59,026 nucleotides of DNA, filler included, from Basidioascus undulatus (GCA_000826855.1; 4 parts of 4 records of this genome joined end to end with filler, not necessarily neighbours in it), one strand, 5' to 3'; numbered from the whole stretch's first letter, positions 35,494-48,719 are shown. Notes: a model not told the origin generated them from the sequence alone. Program-made: numbers and translations.

Positions 35494-37139
35494 ATGGACT
35501 GTCTCACCTTCATCAGCGGGCCCGTTTTCTCGATCGGCACCAACATCATCCGCGTTCTCTCCATCGGCGCGCTCATCGCGGTCTTTGTCACCCAGATCAT
35601 CGCCCTCAGAAAGTGAGCAGAGTTTCGTTTAGAATCGTTGTGTAACAACTGACCCCCTTTCGGAGCACAGCAACGCCCGCACTGTCACGCTCTTCACCGG
35701 CAGTGCGAAATCAGACGACGATGCAACCTCCTCCAACTCCACCACGACATGCAATTACCTGTTCGACACAGATGTAAGTCTCTCTTGTTTGTACTGTCCG
35801 TCCCCAGTGTTCTTCAAGCTCACATCCATGCGCTCGTGCAGGTCCCCGACTCCTGGATGTCCCCATTCTGGTCGCTCTTTGCTCGCGTCATGCTCATAGT
35901 GCAGACTGTGCCGCTGTTCCTGAGCGAACTCTGCTGGTTCAGCATGTGGTTCAGACTCTGGCTGCCCGTTCTGGGTCCCGAGTTTGGGGTGTAGGTCGCT
36001 GTTTCTTCTGTGAGGGATACTGGCGTTGGAGCGAACGATGCTGACTCGTGGGATGGTTGGTCTGCAGTTGGTTTCTGGGCGGCTGGCAGCTCTACCTCGG
36101 AGCGACAATCCTTACCCACTACTAGTGAGTTTTCAACAGACACGATTATCGGAAGCCTGTTATCATCTGCCTGAAGCTGACAGCTTTCGCTTCAATCGTC
36201 CTTCCCCGTAGCAACGACGACCTCACCAGCGCTTTCCTCTGCGGTTGGATCCTCGCTGTCGTCGGCTTCATTAACCTTGCACTCCTTGTCAGTCCCACTT
36301 TCCCACTTTCCCACCTAATATACTCTGTGGTTCACATCAACAAACCCCCCAGGGACTCTGCGGCAAGAAAGTCAAAGAGTGGCGCAACTGCACGTCGGCC
36401 GATGGCTTGCTCAACTTCCTTCCTCCTTACCTCGGCGGACCTGCGAAGGCCGCCCTCGCCGGAGGCCGCGCCATGCATTCGTGCGCGAACGACCGCAAAG
36501 ACCGCGTTGCCAACCCGGACGTCGAGAAGGGCTATGTCCAGGGCCCTACGACAGGCGACCGCATTGCCGAACTCGGCGGGCACCTCCCTGGGCCGGCGGC
36601 GAAGTTCGCGGGCTTTGCGGCGAAGGGAGCCGGCAAGCTGTACGAAATCCGGCAGGAGAAGAAGAGGGCTGCCGCTACCACTCCTCCAGCTGCTCGGGCT
36701 GAGCCTAATCCATTCGATGATTTTGAGGTGCGCCCTGGCAGCGTTTTCTCTTCGTGGACTCTTGTGCCGTCACTGAAGCTCATGGTTTGTTGGCCTTTAG
36801 CGCTCTGTTACTCCCGAGCACCAGCCGCCGCAGCCGACAGCGGGTTCGACGAGGGGTCAAGCTCTCACCCGCACCCTCTACAAGGCCGCCGAGCACTCGA
36901 CCGACTTCGTCCCCGACAAGTACGCGAAGCACGTCAATCGCGCCATGGCTGTTGCTGGCCCGCTGGGCACGGCTGTCGGTAAGTTTGACGCACATCGAGC
37001 CCGATCGAAAGAGTTTCGAGCTGTTGGCGCTGGTGCATCGGTCGAGTCCATGGATCCGAAAGGACAAGGGAAGGATGACGGCGGTCGGCGCGGGCGCGAG
37101 GTGGCATTTTCGACGAAGCGCGATAGCGTGATACCTTGA
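35494..37139 (+). CDS. Conserved fungal multi-pass membrane protein of unknown function
   Basis: NIIRVLSIGALIAVF..CNYL..VPD..FWSLFARVMLIVQTVPLFLSELCW..WLPVLGPEFG..QLYLGATILTH..GFINLALLGL; resembles a basidiomycete family with LSE..PVLG..FG motifs; canonical introns; ends RDSVIP*. Confidence 0.75.
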
Positions 37140-39555
37140 CACTCTTGTATTTTTCTTTTGGGCACATGGACTCTGCTTGAGTATATATGACATTCCGGCT
37201 TTGGCACTGAGCCAACGATCTTGATCTCATTTGGGAAGGAGACGAATTGCCCGCGCAGTGGCGCAGTCGCACGGTCTGCGCGATGGAGCCCTCGCGCGAC
37301 GTGCCGTTTGAACTCTGTGTTGTCGCACAATGATCCATAAAACTTCATTCGAATTGTCTTGGTCACCCTACTGACTGATTTCAAAATTGTGTCCAGTCCT
37401 ATGTATTGAAGCTGCAAAGAAACTGAGTGGGATAGGCAAGCAACGAGTTTGAATGCGGGAGCGTCTATTCCATCGTCCAAGGCGATACCTCCTTCAGCCT
37501 GTAGTGCTCCTCCGTGCCCTTTCGCTCTTCAAAGACGTCCCATAGCACATAGTCCATCCATCCCTCGTCCCTCTCGAGGCGCCCTTCCTTGACGCTCTCG
37601 GCACCCAGAACCCATTCCGCTCCGTCGATGCAAGGTTGCAAGGTTGCGTGGTCTATGCTCCACTGCCTCGTGGAGAACGGCGTACATCTCAAAGTCAGGA
37701 CCCGCTTAAGCACTGAGATATGAAAGTTACGGGAGCGTCTTTTTAAATATGCCATAGACTACCGCTAGAATCCTTTCAGCTTAGAGGTGTTGGATCTGCA
37801 AGTACGAGGTGCTCGACATACTCGGTCAGGCTATTCAAGATGCATTTCAGCGAGCGGAAGAAGCGTGCGAGCATTGCCGCGTTCAGCCGACATTTCTTCG
37901 ATCCTGAAAGATATTCAGACTCATAACAGCATGGTTTAGGAGAGTTGTGATGTTTCGTTGTGCAAAGAATCGAAACTTAAACAGACCCGCGGGAAGGCGG
38001 AGCTCGTAGTAGGTAAAAGCAAAAGGCAGGGCGCCCGTTGCAAAAGAAGCGAGAGAGTAGAGTATCCTTACTTTGGACAGGATAATATCTTATATGGGCT
38101 CATGGGTTCTGTAGGCAAGTGGATCGACGCGTAACCAAATCATCGATCGAGCTCGGTCGAGTGAAACCACGAAGGATTTCATAGGTAAGCGGTTCAAAGG
38201 TGAATCGACTCGACCGGCTGGAAGTACAACGCCGGGAAATGGCAAGTCGGAAGGGGCTATGATCAGCGGATGGCGGATACGGCTAGGATCTGGCAGCGCT
38301 TTCGCAGGCCCCACCCGAGCGTGATCGAGTTGACCCGTGCCTCGTGCAACCGCCAGTTGCGTTCAACTGTTCTAGCATGGCTAGCCGAGCCTTGAGAGGA
38401 AATATCATGTCCGAGACCATCGATAAATTTCTGGCGTCTCGATTGTTGGGTGTCGATACCGCCTGCCACAACGTGGATGGTCGGCGTGCGGGCGCACCCG
38501 AACAGAGGGTCGGGTTCGAGCTGTCGCTCTGACAGCGCGGATCGTGAGAGGCTCCCTGAGCATGCAGCACGACGCCCGCTCCAGCTGCCCGTGGCTCACA
38601 GTCGGGCACGTCGGCCGTGTAAGGGAGCGAGCGCCTACCCATGATCCCGCTGATGCGGAGACTGGGAGTCAGAGGGGATTGCTGTGCCGTCTGCGCTCCT
38701 ACTCGTGCCGGGAGCCGTCTCTAATCGCCTCTTTTCCGGAGTGCGCTGCTAGGGTAGGATTGAAGGGTTTTACGTTAGAGTTGAGGAGGAGTATTATGGT
38801 AGAGAACGAAGCTGTGCGCAGGCGATGGGGCGAGCTGGGCGGGCGTCGATGGGGACCGTGGGACCCGGGTTTCAGCGTTTCAAAATGCATCCGCTAGCCC
38901 TGCATCGGTGTCTCTTTTACCCAGATGAAACGGAATATTGATCAGTTAAAACTTTGAGCATGAAAAGGGCACGAGAACCTTCTTCCAATCGGCATGGCGA
39001 TACAAAGCACCGAATCGCGTAGGCGCGCAGGGCACTGTATGAACCTCGCCCGGCTTCTGTGCACCGCTATCCTACGAGATAGTTAAAAGCAACAGGGTTT
39101 CCTGATGTTGCAGACCCCGGGCCCAATGCACTCGATGAATGAAGAGCGTACATGGAAAAGTTTTCGCAAGTCGATGTGCAAGGGACGTCGCGGAGGAACA
39201 GGGCTGAAGGTGCGCTCCAGGCTTGATCACAATGTGCGGGCCCTCGTCTGGGAGTCAATCCAAGAGATATTTAAGTTTTCGCTCTCATCCTCTTGGAACT
39301 GAAACTAGCAAATTCAGAGGACCTTCCGGACGACGCCACGACATGTCATGATAACAGCGCCATGGAGCATGCTTTCCTGGATCAGGACCTACAGTCACTG
39401 TGCCTCTTTCTATGCCAGTTAGTTTGAACATGTTTTGGAAACGTCTTTATTAGTATACCGCGTGAGGAAGATAGCCTCCCGGGCGTGGTGAATCTCACCC
39501 CTGTTATCGCGACTCGCTGAAGCACTCTCTGTCACAATCACGCCCGATACGGACG

Positions 39556-39655
39556 NNNNNNNNNNNNNNNNNNNNNNNNNNNNNNNNNNNNNNNNNNNNT
39601 TAATTAATTAANNNNNNNNNNNNNNNNNNNNNNNNNNNNNNNNNNNNNNNNNNNN
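39556..39655. other. Assembly gap with TTAATTAATTAA linker
   Basis: N run with linker. Confidence 0.98.
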
Positions 39656-39789
39656 GGTACAGTACCAGCAGTATTTTGGCCTCAGCTCTGCAGGTGCGAG
39701 ACCTGGGATCATCCCCGCTCGGCATTCACACATTCTAACTGTGTACTGGGGTATTTTGTGGTTGGATCAAAAACCGGGATAGTCTTTGG
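39656..39789 (+). pseudogene. Inverted duplicate fragment of the sugar-porter gene (copy of 44124-44264)
   Basis: About 80 nt identical to the reverse complement of the source, then a few substitutions and a 7-nt deletion removing the splice acceptor. Confidence 0.9.
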
Positions 39790-39859
39790 GCGTACCTCCG
39801 GCAAGCGGTTCGGAGGGAGCATGTGGTGTAAAGTCTCCAGCGTGCACCGTGGCAAGTCC

Positions 39860-41540
39860 CGCTGCAGAATTTCTGCCTCCAGAAACTGTTGACGGGTGGC
39901 AGTTTTTCTTATTCCCCTCAAGAGAACTTTAATGCCACAAGTGTGAAGCAGTAAGGAGAATTCCCGGTGATGGACATCAAGAAAACTGCTGATGAGCAGC
40001 AGCTGTCGTTGCGAAACTTCCGCTGCCTGCCTGCAGGTCAAAAATGGAACCTTTGGCTGATGGCAGGTGAATTTCTGCTGACAGGCGTAGGAAGTTCTAA
40101 TTGTCAACAGTTTCTGCCAAGTATTCCGGGGGGGCAAATTTCTGCCGCCAGGCTGCGACACTCCTGCTGTTCAGATGCAGACTTTTTTCGGCTAGCACAC
40201 ATGATATCGATATGAACCGTCAGAATCTCTTTTAAACGCCTTCGTACCAGTCATTAACTAAGTGTCCATATCAGCGCCTTCCCTCACCCCGCACGCCTTC
40301 CGGGTACCTGAGGTTCCCCCCGCGGCAGGGCGGCGGCACGACTGGTGCGTCGCCGGTGGAGATTGAGTTTGAAGTACAATGCAAGCGATTCAGTAATAAA
40401 CACGGAAGAAGAGAGATAAGAAAGACCTGCGCACCTTGCTCTTCCCTTCGACTTCTTCTTCTGCTGCCGCTGCGGCTCGGGCTCGGACTCCGGGTCGGGC
40501 TGGGGAACAAAAAGGAGCCGAAGCGGGAGGCACAGAGCAGGGCGCCAGAAGTACTTTGTGGGGATGCGGGGGATCAGAAAAAGGGGGGCGCACCTCAGCC
40601 TGGTCATTGTCGCAGCTGTGAATGCCAAGACTGTGAGCAGGGATGAAGAGCGGGTGAAAGGGAACAGAGATTACGCACCTGCGGCCTTGCTGTGCATGTT
40701 TTTGCAGATCCTGTGGGGGAGGGAAACGGGAGGAGGAGCGGAGGTGAGCACATTGTGGTGAACGGATGTGGAGGGTAGGAAAAATGGGGAGAGAGCAATG
40801 GGGAGAGGCAGCGATGAGCGGGGGGTTGATAAGGAGGGGGAATGATGAGAGGGGGGCGAGTAAATATGGGGTAAAGCAGATAATCGCCTAGAAGTCAAGA
40901 CACAACCCTCGCTGTTCTCCGCCACAGTCAGCCCTGCGTCCACCGCCTCTTCTGCCGCCCCAGCATTCTCCTCCAGTACACCCTCTCTAGCCATGAGACA
41001 CGTACGAGGAGCGCGGGGGCGGTTGTTATCTTTGCTAAGTAGAGCTACTGTGGTGGTCATGTGGGAGGTGGCGGCGAGCGATGTGAGTGGGTGGCAGTGG
41101 CGAGCGACAATGGCGACCGAGCGCATGTCGGACGGGTCGTGGCGGCGCCGAGAGAAGAGAGGTGGTCGTGGAGGTGAGAGGTAAATATAAGAAGTGGTGA
41201 ACAAAGGGGGTAAGAAGTCGGAGGAACGGGCAGAAAGTGGATGCAGGCCGAAGACGAAGATGGTGGACGGGGTTCAAGAAGGGAGAAGAGAGCGGGGCGG
41301 AGTGGTGTATGCTTGCGAGAACAAAGAGATGAGCCTGACCCAGAGAAAAAGTGTTGTGAGTTGCAGAATTTCTGCTTCCAAAAGACTGTGGATGGGCAGC
41401 AGATTTTCTGCGCCACACCATCCGCAGATCTGGTGAAGTCTTCCTGTCGAGCAGCAGACTTTCCACAATTGTAAAGCTCCTGCTGCCTCAAAAACTGTTG
41501 TTCGTCAGTGAAAGTAATATTCTGTTGTCAGGTAGCAGGA
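39860..41540. mobile_element. Degenerate TE-like segment bounded by diverged direct repeats rich in (A)TTTCTGC motifs
   Basis: GCAGAATTTCTGC at 39864 and 41363 begins two similar blocks of about 200 bp; further TTTCTGC copies near 40072, 40111, 40139 and 41405; no intact ORF or transposase motif seen. Confidence 0.4.
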
Positions 41541-41730
41541 TCTCCTCCAGCCCAACTTGCCACAGTGGTACCGACATCGCGCATCCTCATATCCTCACGC
41601 TGGTCAAACGTCTCACACATTCAGTCACATATGCTCTCGCTTCTCCGTACAGGCCCACAAAAAGACATCAAAAGCTAGTAGTTTACAACAGATATTTGAA
41701 AAGCAGCAAAATCGACGAACGCAGACCGCC

Positions 41731-44700
41731 TCACTCTTGCCGCTGGGCCTTGACGGCCTTGAACAGCTCGGTGCTGTACTTGCGCGGACGTGGAGCGTTG
41801 AAAACAGCGTCGAGCTCCTCCAACGTGAGTTTCTGAGGTAAAGGTTACCCGTGTTAGCTACTGCAGGTCCAATGTTCGGCGAGGAAAATGTGTGTTTTGC
41901 TTGGTAGTACCTTTGTCTCGACTGCCAAAAAGTAGATCACGACAACGCCGAGTATACTGCAAGGATAAAGTGTTCAGAAAGACGGTATTAAGTATTCGCT
42001 GTTTCGCTACTTACTCGAAGACTACGAAGATCAGATAGGCTGTCGGTGGAAATCCCTATCAGTTGAAAATGACGCGGCGCTCTCCCGGACAGAGACGCAC
42101 TCTTCCAGGCGATTCTCTCCAGCGCAACGGGCATGGCGAATGTGTTGATACTGAAACAAACGGTTCAGTGACTAATCTTTGAATGAATATTGTTCGGACT
42201 GACCAAGACGACGCTTGGACTATGAGGTTATAACAAGCGAGGCCTTTCGAGCGGGACTCGTATGCCAGCACCTCTGCTGGGTAGAGAGCTTGCCTACACA
42301 CATCGATAAAGTCAGAGTCAGAGATCTCAAGTAAGGTGAATTTTGAAGGTGAGAATGACGTACATGGGGGTCCAGCCGAAAGAGAAGAACACCTGATGTT
42401 CAAGATCGTGAGCTCTTGTGTAGTTCATGCAAAGGTGTATTGCGTCTGCAAGTATTTACCATGAAAAGGTAGATAAAGGAAATCCCCGCCGTCGCGCGCA
42501 TTTGCTTTCCAGTGATGTCGGAGAGCAGACCGGCAATAATGGACATGCCGATGCAGCAAGAGACAGAGGAGATGAGCAGGAGCTTGCGCCGTCCAACATG
42601 ATCAACTATCGCGGTCCCTGTGAGGGCGCCGATCATAGAGGTGACACTGTTAAGGACTTATGAGCTTCACAAATAATTCTATCATTAGAAAGCGTGGTCC
42701 TCATACCTGTTGACAAAGTTGAGGACGCGTTGACGATCGGGGCTCCTGAGGACCAAGGGCGAGAACTGAGACGAGAGTGAAAATTGCCGATCTATTGGAG
42801 ACATACGTAATTCCAGCTTGCTCCAGCAGTACGGTCAGGAAGTAGGTCACGAGACCGTTTCCAGAAAGCTGAGGAGCAAACGTCAGGAAAGAAGACAAGA
42901 AGGGCGCAAACTGTTTACCTGTCCCCAGATTGCGACGATTGCCCTGCAGGAGGAAGACGTTCCGCTCAGACATGCGAAAAATGCAGCGCTGGTTTGACCA
43001 CTCACACAAGGACCATCCTGTACCGCTCGGCTGCGGTTGAGAAAAGGGTGCGGAAATCCCACCAGCGTTCTGAGGCGCAGCAGAGTCAACCGCAGTACAG
43101 CATCAGGGAGAAGGGAAGAGCACATGCGCACTGTCGGCCCCGTTGAGCGAAAGGTTTTCTTTGATCTCCTCGATCTCGAGGCGAACGAGAGGCGAGTTGA
43201 CATCGGCATCACGGGAGTGCAGGTTCGCCAGGATCTGGGTAGCCTTCTCGGTATGGCCCCAAGAGTACAGCCAACGGGGACTGAGGAATGCCAATGTCAG
43301 CCTGCTTCCTCAAGGCATTTGTTGGAAGCCTTCACTCACGACTCGGGAAGGAAAAAGACGAAAAAGGCGTTGACAGCGGCGGGCACGGCCTCTGGTAAAC
43401 GAGGACCGTTTTAGATAACGTACGTTGAAGAAAAGGCAAGGCCTGACATACGGATGTATATTGGCAAACGCCAAGCCAGATCGGAATTGTAGCGGCCTGT
43501 AGCGACCGACATGCCGCTCGCTGTGAGTTGACCTGTTTGAGGCCTCAATGTCAGAGACTGCTCTTGGTATATCAAATTACCATATGTGTAGCTTACCGAC
43601 ATAGTAGCTGGAATGATATAAACTTCAGTTTTCCTGGCCCTGTTGGATTTTCAACGGGGAATTTACTCACAAGGAGTTCAGCAGTCCAAGCCAACGACCA
43701 CGGCTGTTGGGCGCGGTGATCTCGACAAGATATGACTTCGCAGGGGTCGCTGCTGTCGAACATCCAAGACCTAAAATAAATTTATTAGATTTGGTTCCAG
43801 TAAAAGACGGTTCATGGAGCGTACCAGTCAAGAACCGCCCGCCAATGAACATCGACGAGCTTGTCGCGTTGGCTGCACCAAGGCCTGCGTGAGCTCTACG
43901 TGCTACGGTGCCACATGTTTTGTTTTTGAAATGCACCGGTAATCATGGCGCCAATAATTAGAGTCATGTTACCAAGGAACATGCACCACCGCCGGCCGAG
44001 CTTGTCGGGAAGGTATGCCGTCGGGATGAAAGCGGCGAGCTGCAGACACCTCGCACAAGCGGGTTAGCATGGGACCCTCTCTTCCATAGTATCTGTAAAC
44101 TCCCCTGGCCTAATGTGTATGCTCCAAAGACTATCCCGGTTTTTGAGCCTAATTTCAACCGAAAAATACCCCAGTACACAGTCAGAATGTGTGAATGCCG
44201 AGCGGGGATGATCCCAGGTCTCGCACCTGCAGAGCTGAGGCCAAAATACTGCTGGTACTGTACCATCGAATTGATTGCGGACATCACCGTAGAATCGAAC
44301 CCAGAATCGCCAGAGCCTGAGTGTATGTCAGAAAGATTTGTTAGTGTCTGTAACCTACACCGTCGTCGCGTCAATCTGACGGCACGGCGACATCCTCTGG
44401 GGCGTCGAGGTAGATGGTGGTATGCAGACTGTACGAAACTCACAGCAACAGATAACTAGGACCATGGCCAACATCTTCATCCCACGCCGGGAAAAGGCCG
44501 GGTATCTAATACGGAGTCGTCACAGATGAGCGCAACCACAGCCGGAGACAGAAGCGGCACTTCGTGCTTACCCGGGATCCTCATCCATTGCCCTCTGAAG
44601 AGCAGCTTGTCTCTCAGCGCTCCCAAGCTTCTCGGTCGAGCTATCGACCGTTCCATATGGCTGGGATTCGTCGGCGAGCTTCTCGTCGATCATGAGGTCG

Positions 44701-44747
44701 GGGTGAGGTATCGCGACCGCCCTGGACGGTTGAGCCTTCTCGGCCAT
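41731..44747 (-). CDS. MFS sugar porter, lactose permease/cellodextrin-transporter-like
   Basis: AALQRAMDEDPG, GFDSTVMSAINSM, PDKLGRR, YLVEITAP..RG, WRLP, PE|SPRWL, GQ|LSGNGLVTYF, VDHVGRRKLLL, YPAEVL..RSKG, VETK|KLTLEELD; about 19 introns. Confidence 0.96.
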
Positions 44748-45507
44748 GTCGTTGACGTCGTTGGTAGTACAGGCGTGAATAGAGAAGGAGATGATAGGGG
44801 GCCGGAATTGCCGATGCAGCTTTCAGACTTGTGATGTCCAGATATGTGAACCGTGAGGCGCAGTCGGTTTCGTAATGTCCGGCGTGACTGCCTGCGACAG
44901 TCCGCCTCCGCATCGGCACTCCTACGATTACCGCGTCTTGCCGTTGGGGACAGAAAGCCCCATAAAGCTGAAATGATCCCGTGATCCTGAAGCCGAGAGC
45001 CGAAAGTTGGGTTGCAATGCAGTTGCAGACACACAGTGAGAGCTGGCGAACGGGCCGGAGCTCATTCGATTGCAGCGCCCCACCGACTGCAGGCTTCGAA
45101 GGCGCATGTGACGTTCGTTGCTTCTCTTTGCAACGGGAGAAGCGGCCCGGCAAATGTTTGCGTCGAAGGTGAAGGGCACATAGAGCACCAGTTTTCCTTG
45201 GCTGCCAAAAACACTGTGCGCGGCGTTGAGTGCGTTCGACGACGCTGGCCGCCAACAGGTCTGCTGACCTCCTCGCCATGCGTTTCCTTTTCGGCTCATC
45301 CCCGGCCCTCCCAGAGTAATCCCTCCGTCCGTATATCCGTCGGGACACGGCCTTGCGAACGGTTGGAAGCGGCAAGATCCATCTTGGGCAGAGCCAAATC
45401 GCCATCAGCTCGGCTTCTTTTATCAACCCCGTCATCTTCACTTGTATCTCCTTTCGAAACTTACCTCTCGCTTGCGCCTGCCTTCCACAACGTATCAAAC
45501 TTCGACC

Positions 45508-47181
45508 ATGACTATTAACCTTTCCTCGACTCTCCCATCCACCAAGTCGGACGCGCCGTGGCTCGAGTCGCTCAAGATAGACGGGTTCGCCGTCATCCCG
45601 AGCGTCATCCCGCAGGAGCGTGTCGATCAGTATATCGACTCGGCCTTCAGTTGGCTCGAGAAGTTCCCCTTAGGCTTTGACCACAACAATCAGAGCACTT
45701 GGACCGATGAACACCTCCCGGTCAGCAATAAGTGAGCCTATCCTCGGCTTCTCGCGCCGTGAAGTTTGCCCCATGCTCAGGCCCGTTGCGACTCGTAGGG
45801 GTGGCTTGTACAACCGCTACAGTGTCGGACACGAAGATTGGGTGTGGAAGATCCGCAGGTGAGTCTTGCCGTCTCCCTACATCGACCACGGCTGCTAACT
45901 ATGAGCTTCTCCAGCGAGCCCGGCGTCATCAAAGTCTTCGCAGAGCTCTGGGGGACTGACCAGCTCATCGTCAGCTTTGTGCGTAGCGCTCTTCACACTC
46001 CATTACAACTGCGACACATGTCATCTGATCACCATACGTTATACCAGGACGGAGTGAACATCACCCAGCCGCACGGCGAGCACGGCCGGACGGACATCGA
46101 GCTCACTCCCCCGTGGCCGTAGGTTCTACGACACGATGTCTTTCGCGTGTACTACTCGCTGACGTCAAGCTTGAACAAATAGCCACCAAGGTACTTTCAT
46201 CTTCCGCTTGCTGTTTGGCAGTATTACCCTAACATGAATTTCTCAACAGACCAGAACCCTCACAAGCAGAACTTCGAACTCGCCCAGGGCATCGTCGCTC
46301 TGTCTGAATCCGGGTAAGTCTTACAGCTGCTATCATTCCCTCATCTATACTCATGACCTTTTTGGGCTACCAGATCCGAAGATGGAGGCCTCGTCGTGCT
46401 CAAAGGCTCGCACCTCATGCACGCTGCATACTTCGCCGCCAACGGTGGAATCAACGAAGCGCAGCGCCGCGGCTTGCTGAACTCGTTAGTCATCTCAAAA
46501 AACAGTCGGGCAAAATTCTAAAACAAAAGCCTCTTTAGATATCTCTACACCGACGAGCAGGCCGACTGGTACCGCTCGCAGGGCTGCGAGGAGGTCAAAG
46601 TGCGGTTCTTCGTCGCTGTATATCTCGCCCGCCGTTCTGACTGATCTTTGTGTGTTCAGGTCTGCTGTCCGCCCGGATCGGTCATAGTATGGGACTCTCG
46701 GTGGGCAATCAACTCTCAGTCTATAAGCTCATTAACTGACTTTTCGCTCTCACAGCCTCATCCACTGGAACCGCATGCCGACTGGGAAGCGCACGCGCGT
46801 CGCGACTTGTACGTCTTCCCTGGTATTCTCCTAATATTCTCAGTACCTTGCGCACCCTTTCTCTTCCACGAAGATGTCTGCTACTGCCCAGCCAGCTTTG
46901 CGTCCCCCGAGGACCTCCGCAAGAAAACGGAAATCTTCAAGAACCACCAGTGCACGACTCACGTATGTTCCTTCTCCTCTACTTCCGTTATCTTCTTGGA
47001 AAACTCATATAGATTATCCGGCTGCTATATCCAGTGGCCGGCCCTCAACGACGTACCCATCCTCCAGTCCGGGCCACCCCAGCGCAACGGTGTTACGGAC
47101 CCGCACCATCGCGACAGTCCCTGGGACGAGCCGGATTTGACGCCGGTCGTGCTCCGCCTAGCGGGAGTCGAGGCGTACTGA
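45508..47181 (+). CDS. Phytanoyl-CoA-dioxygenase-like (PhyH) Fe(II)/2-oxoglutarate oxygenase
   Basis: DGFAVIPSVI, FAELWGTDQLIVSFDG, WPHQDQ (HxD), DGGLVVLKGSH, GSVIVWDSRLIHWN (distal His), YVCYCP, TTHWP. Confidence 0.92.
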
Positions 47182-47566
47182 GGAAGGTGTTCTTGAGGTG
47201 CCAACATGATCGAAAGTCGTGATAGTATCCTCGAGCAAGTGTTGTATGATTCGTTGAAGCTTGGTCGTTCTTAGCACACCGCCGCCTTCGGGTGTCAGGC
47301 ATGCATTCCTCTCATGGGCTATAATGGAAAGGGTGTCATTTCGGAAGCACGAACAAAATGTAGAACAGGCAGCACCTCCGAGGATTGACGCGAAAAAAGA
47401 AAACGCGAAAGCGACCTTCATTTGCGGCTCGCGCTTGTCGCGCCGGACGCGTCGCTATGCGTCTTGTTCCCGACCGTCATCGCGCCCTCGTCCCCCGAAC
47501 CCCTCCCATCCCCCAATCTCTCCATCTAATCCCATCCACCCGCACCACCGCCTCTCTATCAGCCCC

Positions 47567-48358
47567 ATGCGGATCCAGATCCCCCTCCATCCCCTCCCCG
47601 AGCGCGTAACGGCCGCGCTCGTCCAGCCGGCGGCGTCCAAGCCCAAGCCGCGCCCGTCCTTCCTCCCGGGGGGGACCAAGACGCCCGCGGAGCACCCGCT
47701 CGTCCAGCTCGGGGACGGCGAGTTTGTGTTGCTCGACATGCAGGGCGTCATTGAGGTCGAAGGGGACGTGGCGGAGGGCGTGGTGGGGAAGCTAGACGTG
47801 TCGCGGGCGGTGAGTTTGTCGCTCGCATTCAGTAGGAAGATCGAGAAAGGAGGATGAGGTTGGCTGACACTAGAAAGGGGGAGGGAGCAGGACCGCCCGG
47901 TGCTCTTCATTGGGTTCCATCGGATAGAGGGAAATCTCGTCTCGCTCCAGAAGCCACTTGCGATTCTGCGGCGAGCACAGCCGGCTCCCGACCCCTCCCC
48001 CACAAAGTCTGCCGCCGCAAATGTAGAAGTGGACGACGACGACTCAGACGCGACGGACATGGACCTCCCACCGTCTCCGGTAGCAGGCCGCAAGCGACGG
48101 CGCGCAGGGTCCGACGTCGGCCTAGCCGCGCCCGCGCCGTCCAGCAGCCCCGTGCCGCCGCCGCGGGCGTTGGCGGACTACTCGTCCGATGCGGAGGGGA
48201 AGGGTGGGCAGGGGGAGGGGAAAGGGAAGGGGAAGGGAAAAGGGAAGGGCAGGGACGCGACGACGGAGAGGACGAGACAGTACGATATTGTCGCGGTCGT
48301 GAGGAGGAAGGTCGTGTTCAGCAAGCGGCCGGGTCCGGCCGGGTCGAGGACGGTTTAG
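47567..48358 (+). CDS. CTF8: Chromosome transmission fidelity protein 8 (Ctf18-RFC subunit)
   Basis: VLLDMQGVIE..VVGKL|..VLFIGFHRIEGNLVSLQKPLAILRR..YDIVAVVRRKVVFSKRP. Confidence 0.92.
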
Positions 48359-48719
48359 AGGATAGATGTGCGCTTCAGATTCGTCGTGCGTGCAGCAGTG
48401 CGCGGACTTGGGGCAGTCGCGGCTTCCTCATGTGAGGCGGACTGCCAGGCCATTGCTCGACGGCCGCAGAGAGAACACGCCACACTGCTGAGCGACACAA
48501 GTGCGTCTTTTCACATGCATCATGACAATCATACCTTGACGAATGTACACAACAGATATAAACGAAACGCCAGGCGAAAGATCAAAAGCGAGCTCAGCGT
48601 TTCGGAAAGAACCAAGGTCATAAGAACAACGAAATAACAGCCGAGGGAACAAGAACGAGCGAGGTACAGGCAGGGATTGAAGAAGTACAGAGGCAGTTTG
48701 GACGAGAACAAACGAGCTT

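Noticed and set aside
37465..38650. Minus-strand ORF fragments ending ...WMDYVLWDVFEE...SPWTME*
   Set aside because: Possibly a lineage-specific or decayed gene, but stops interrupt all frames and no family is recognisable; not supportable as a feature.
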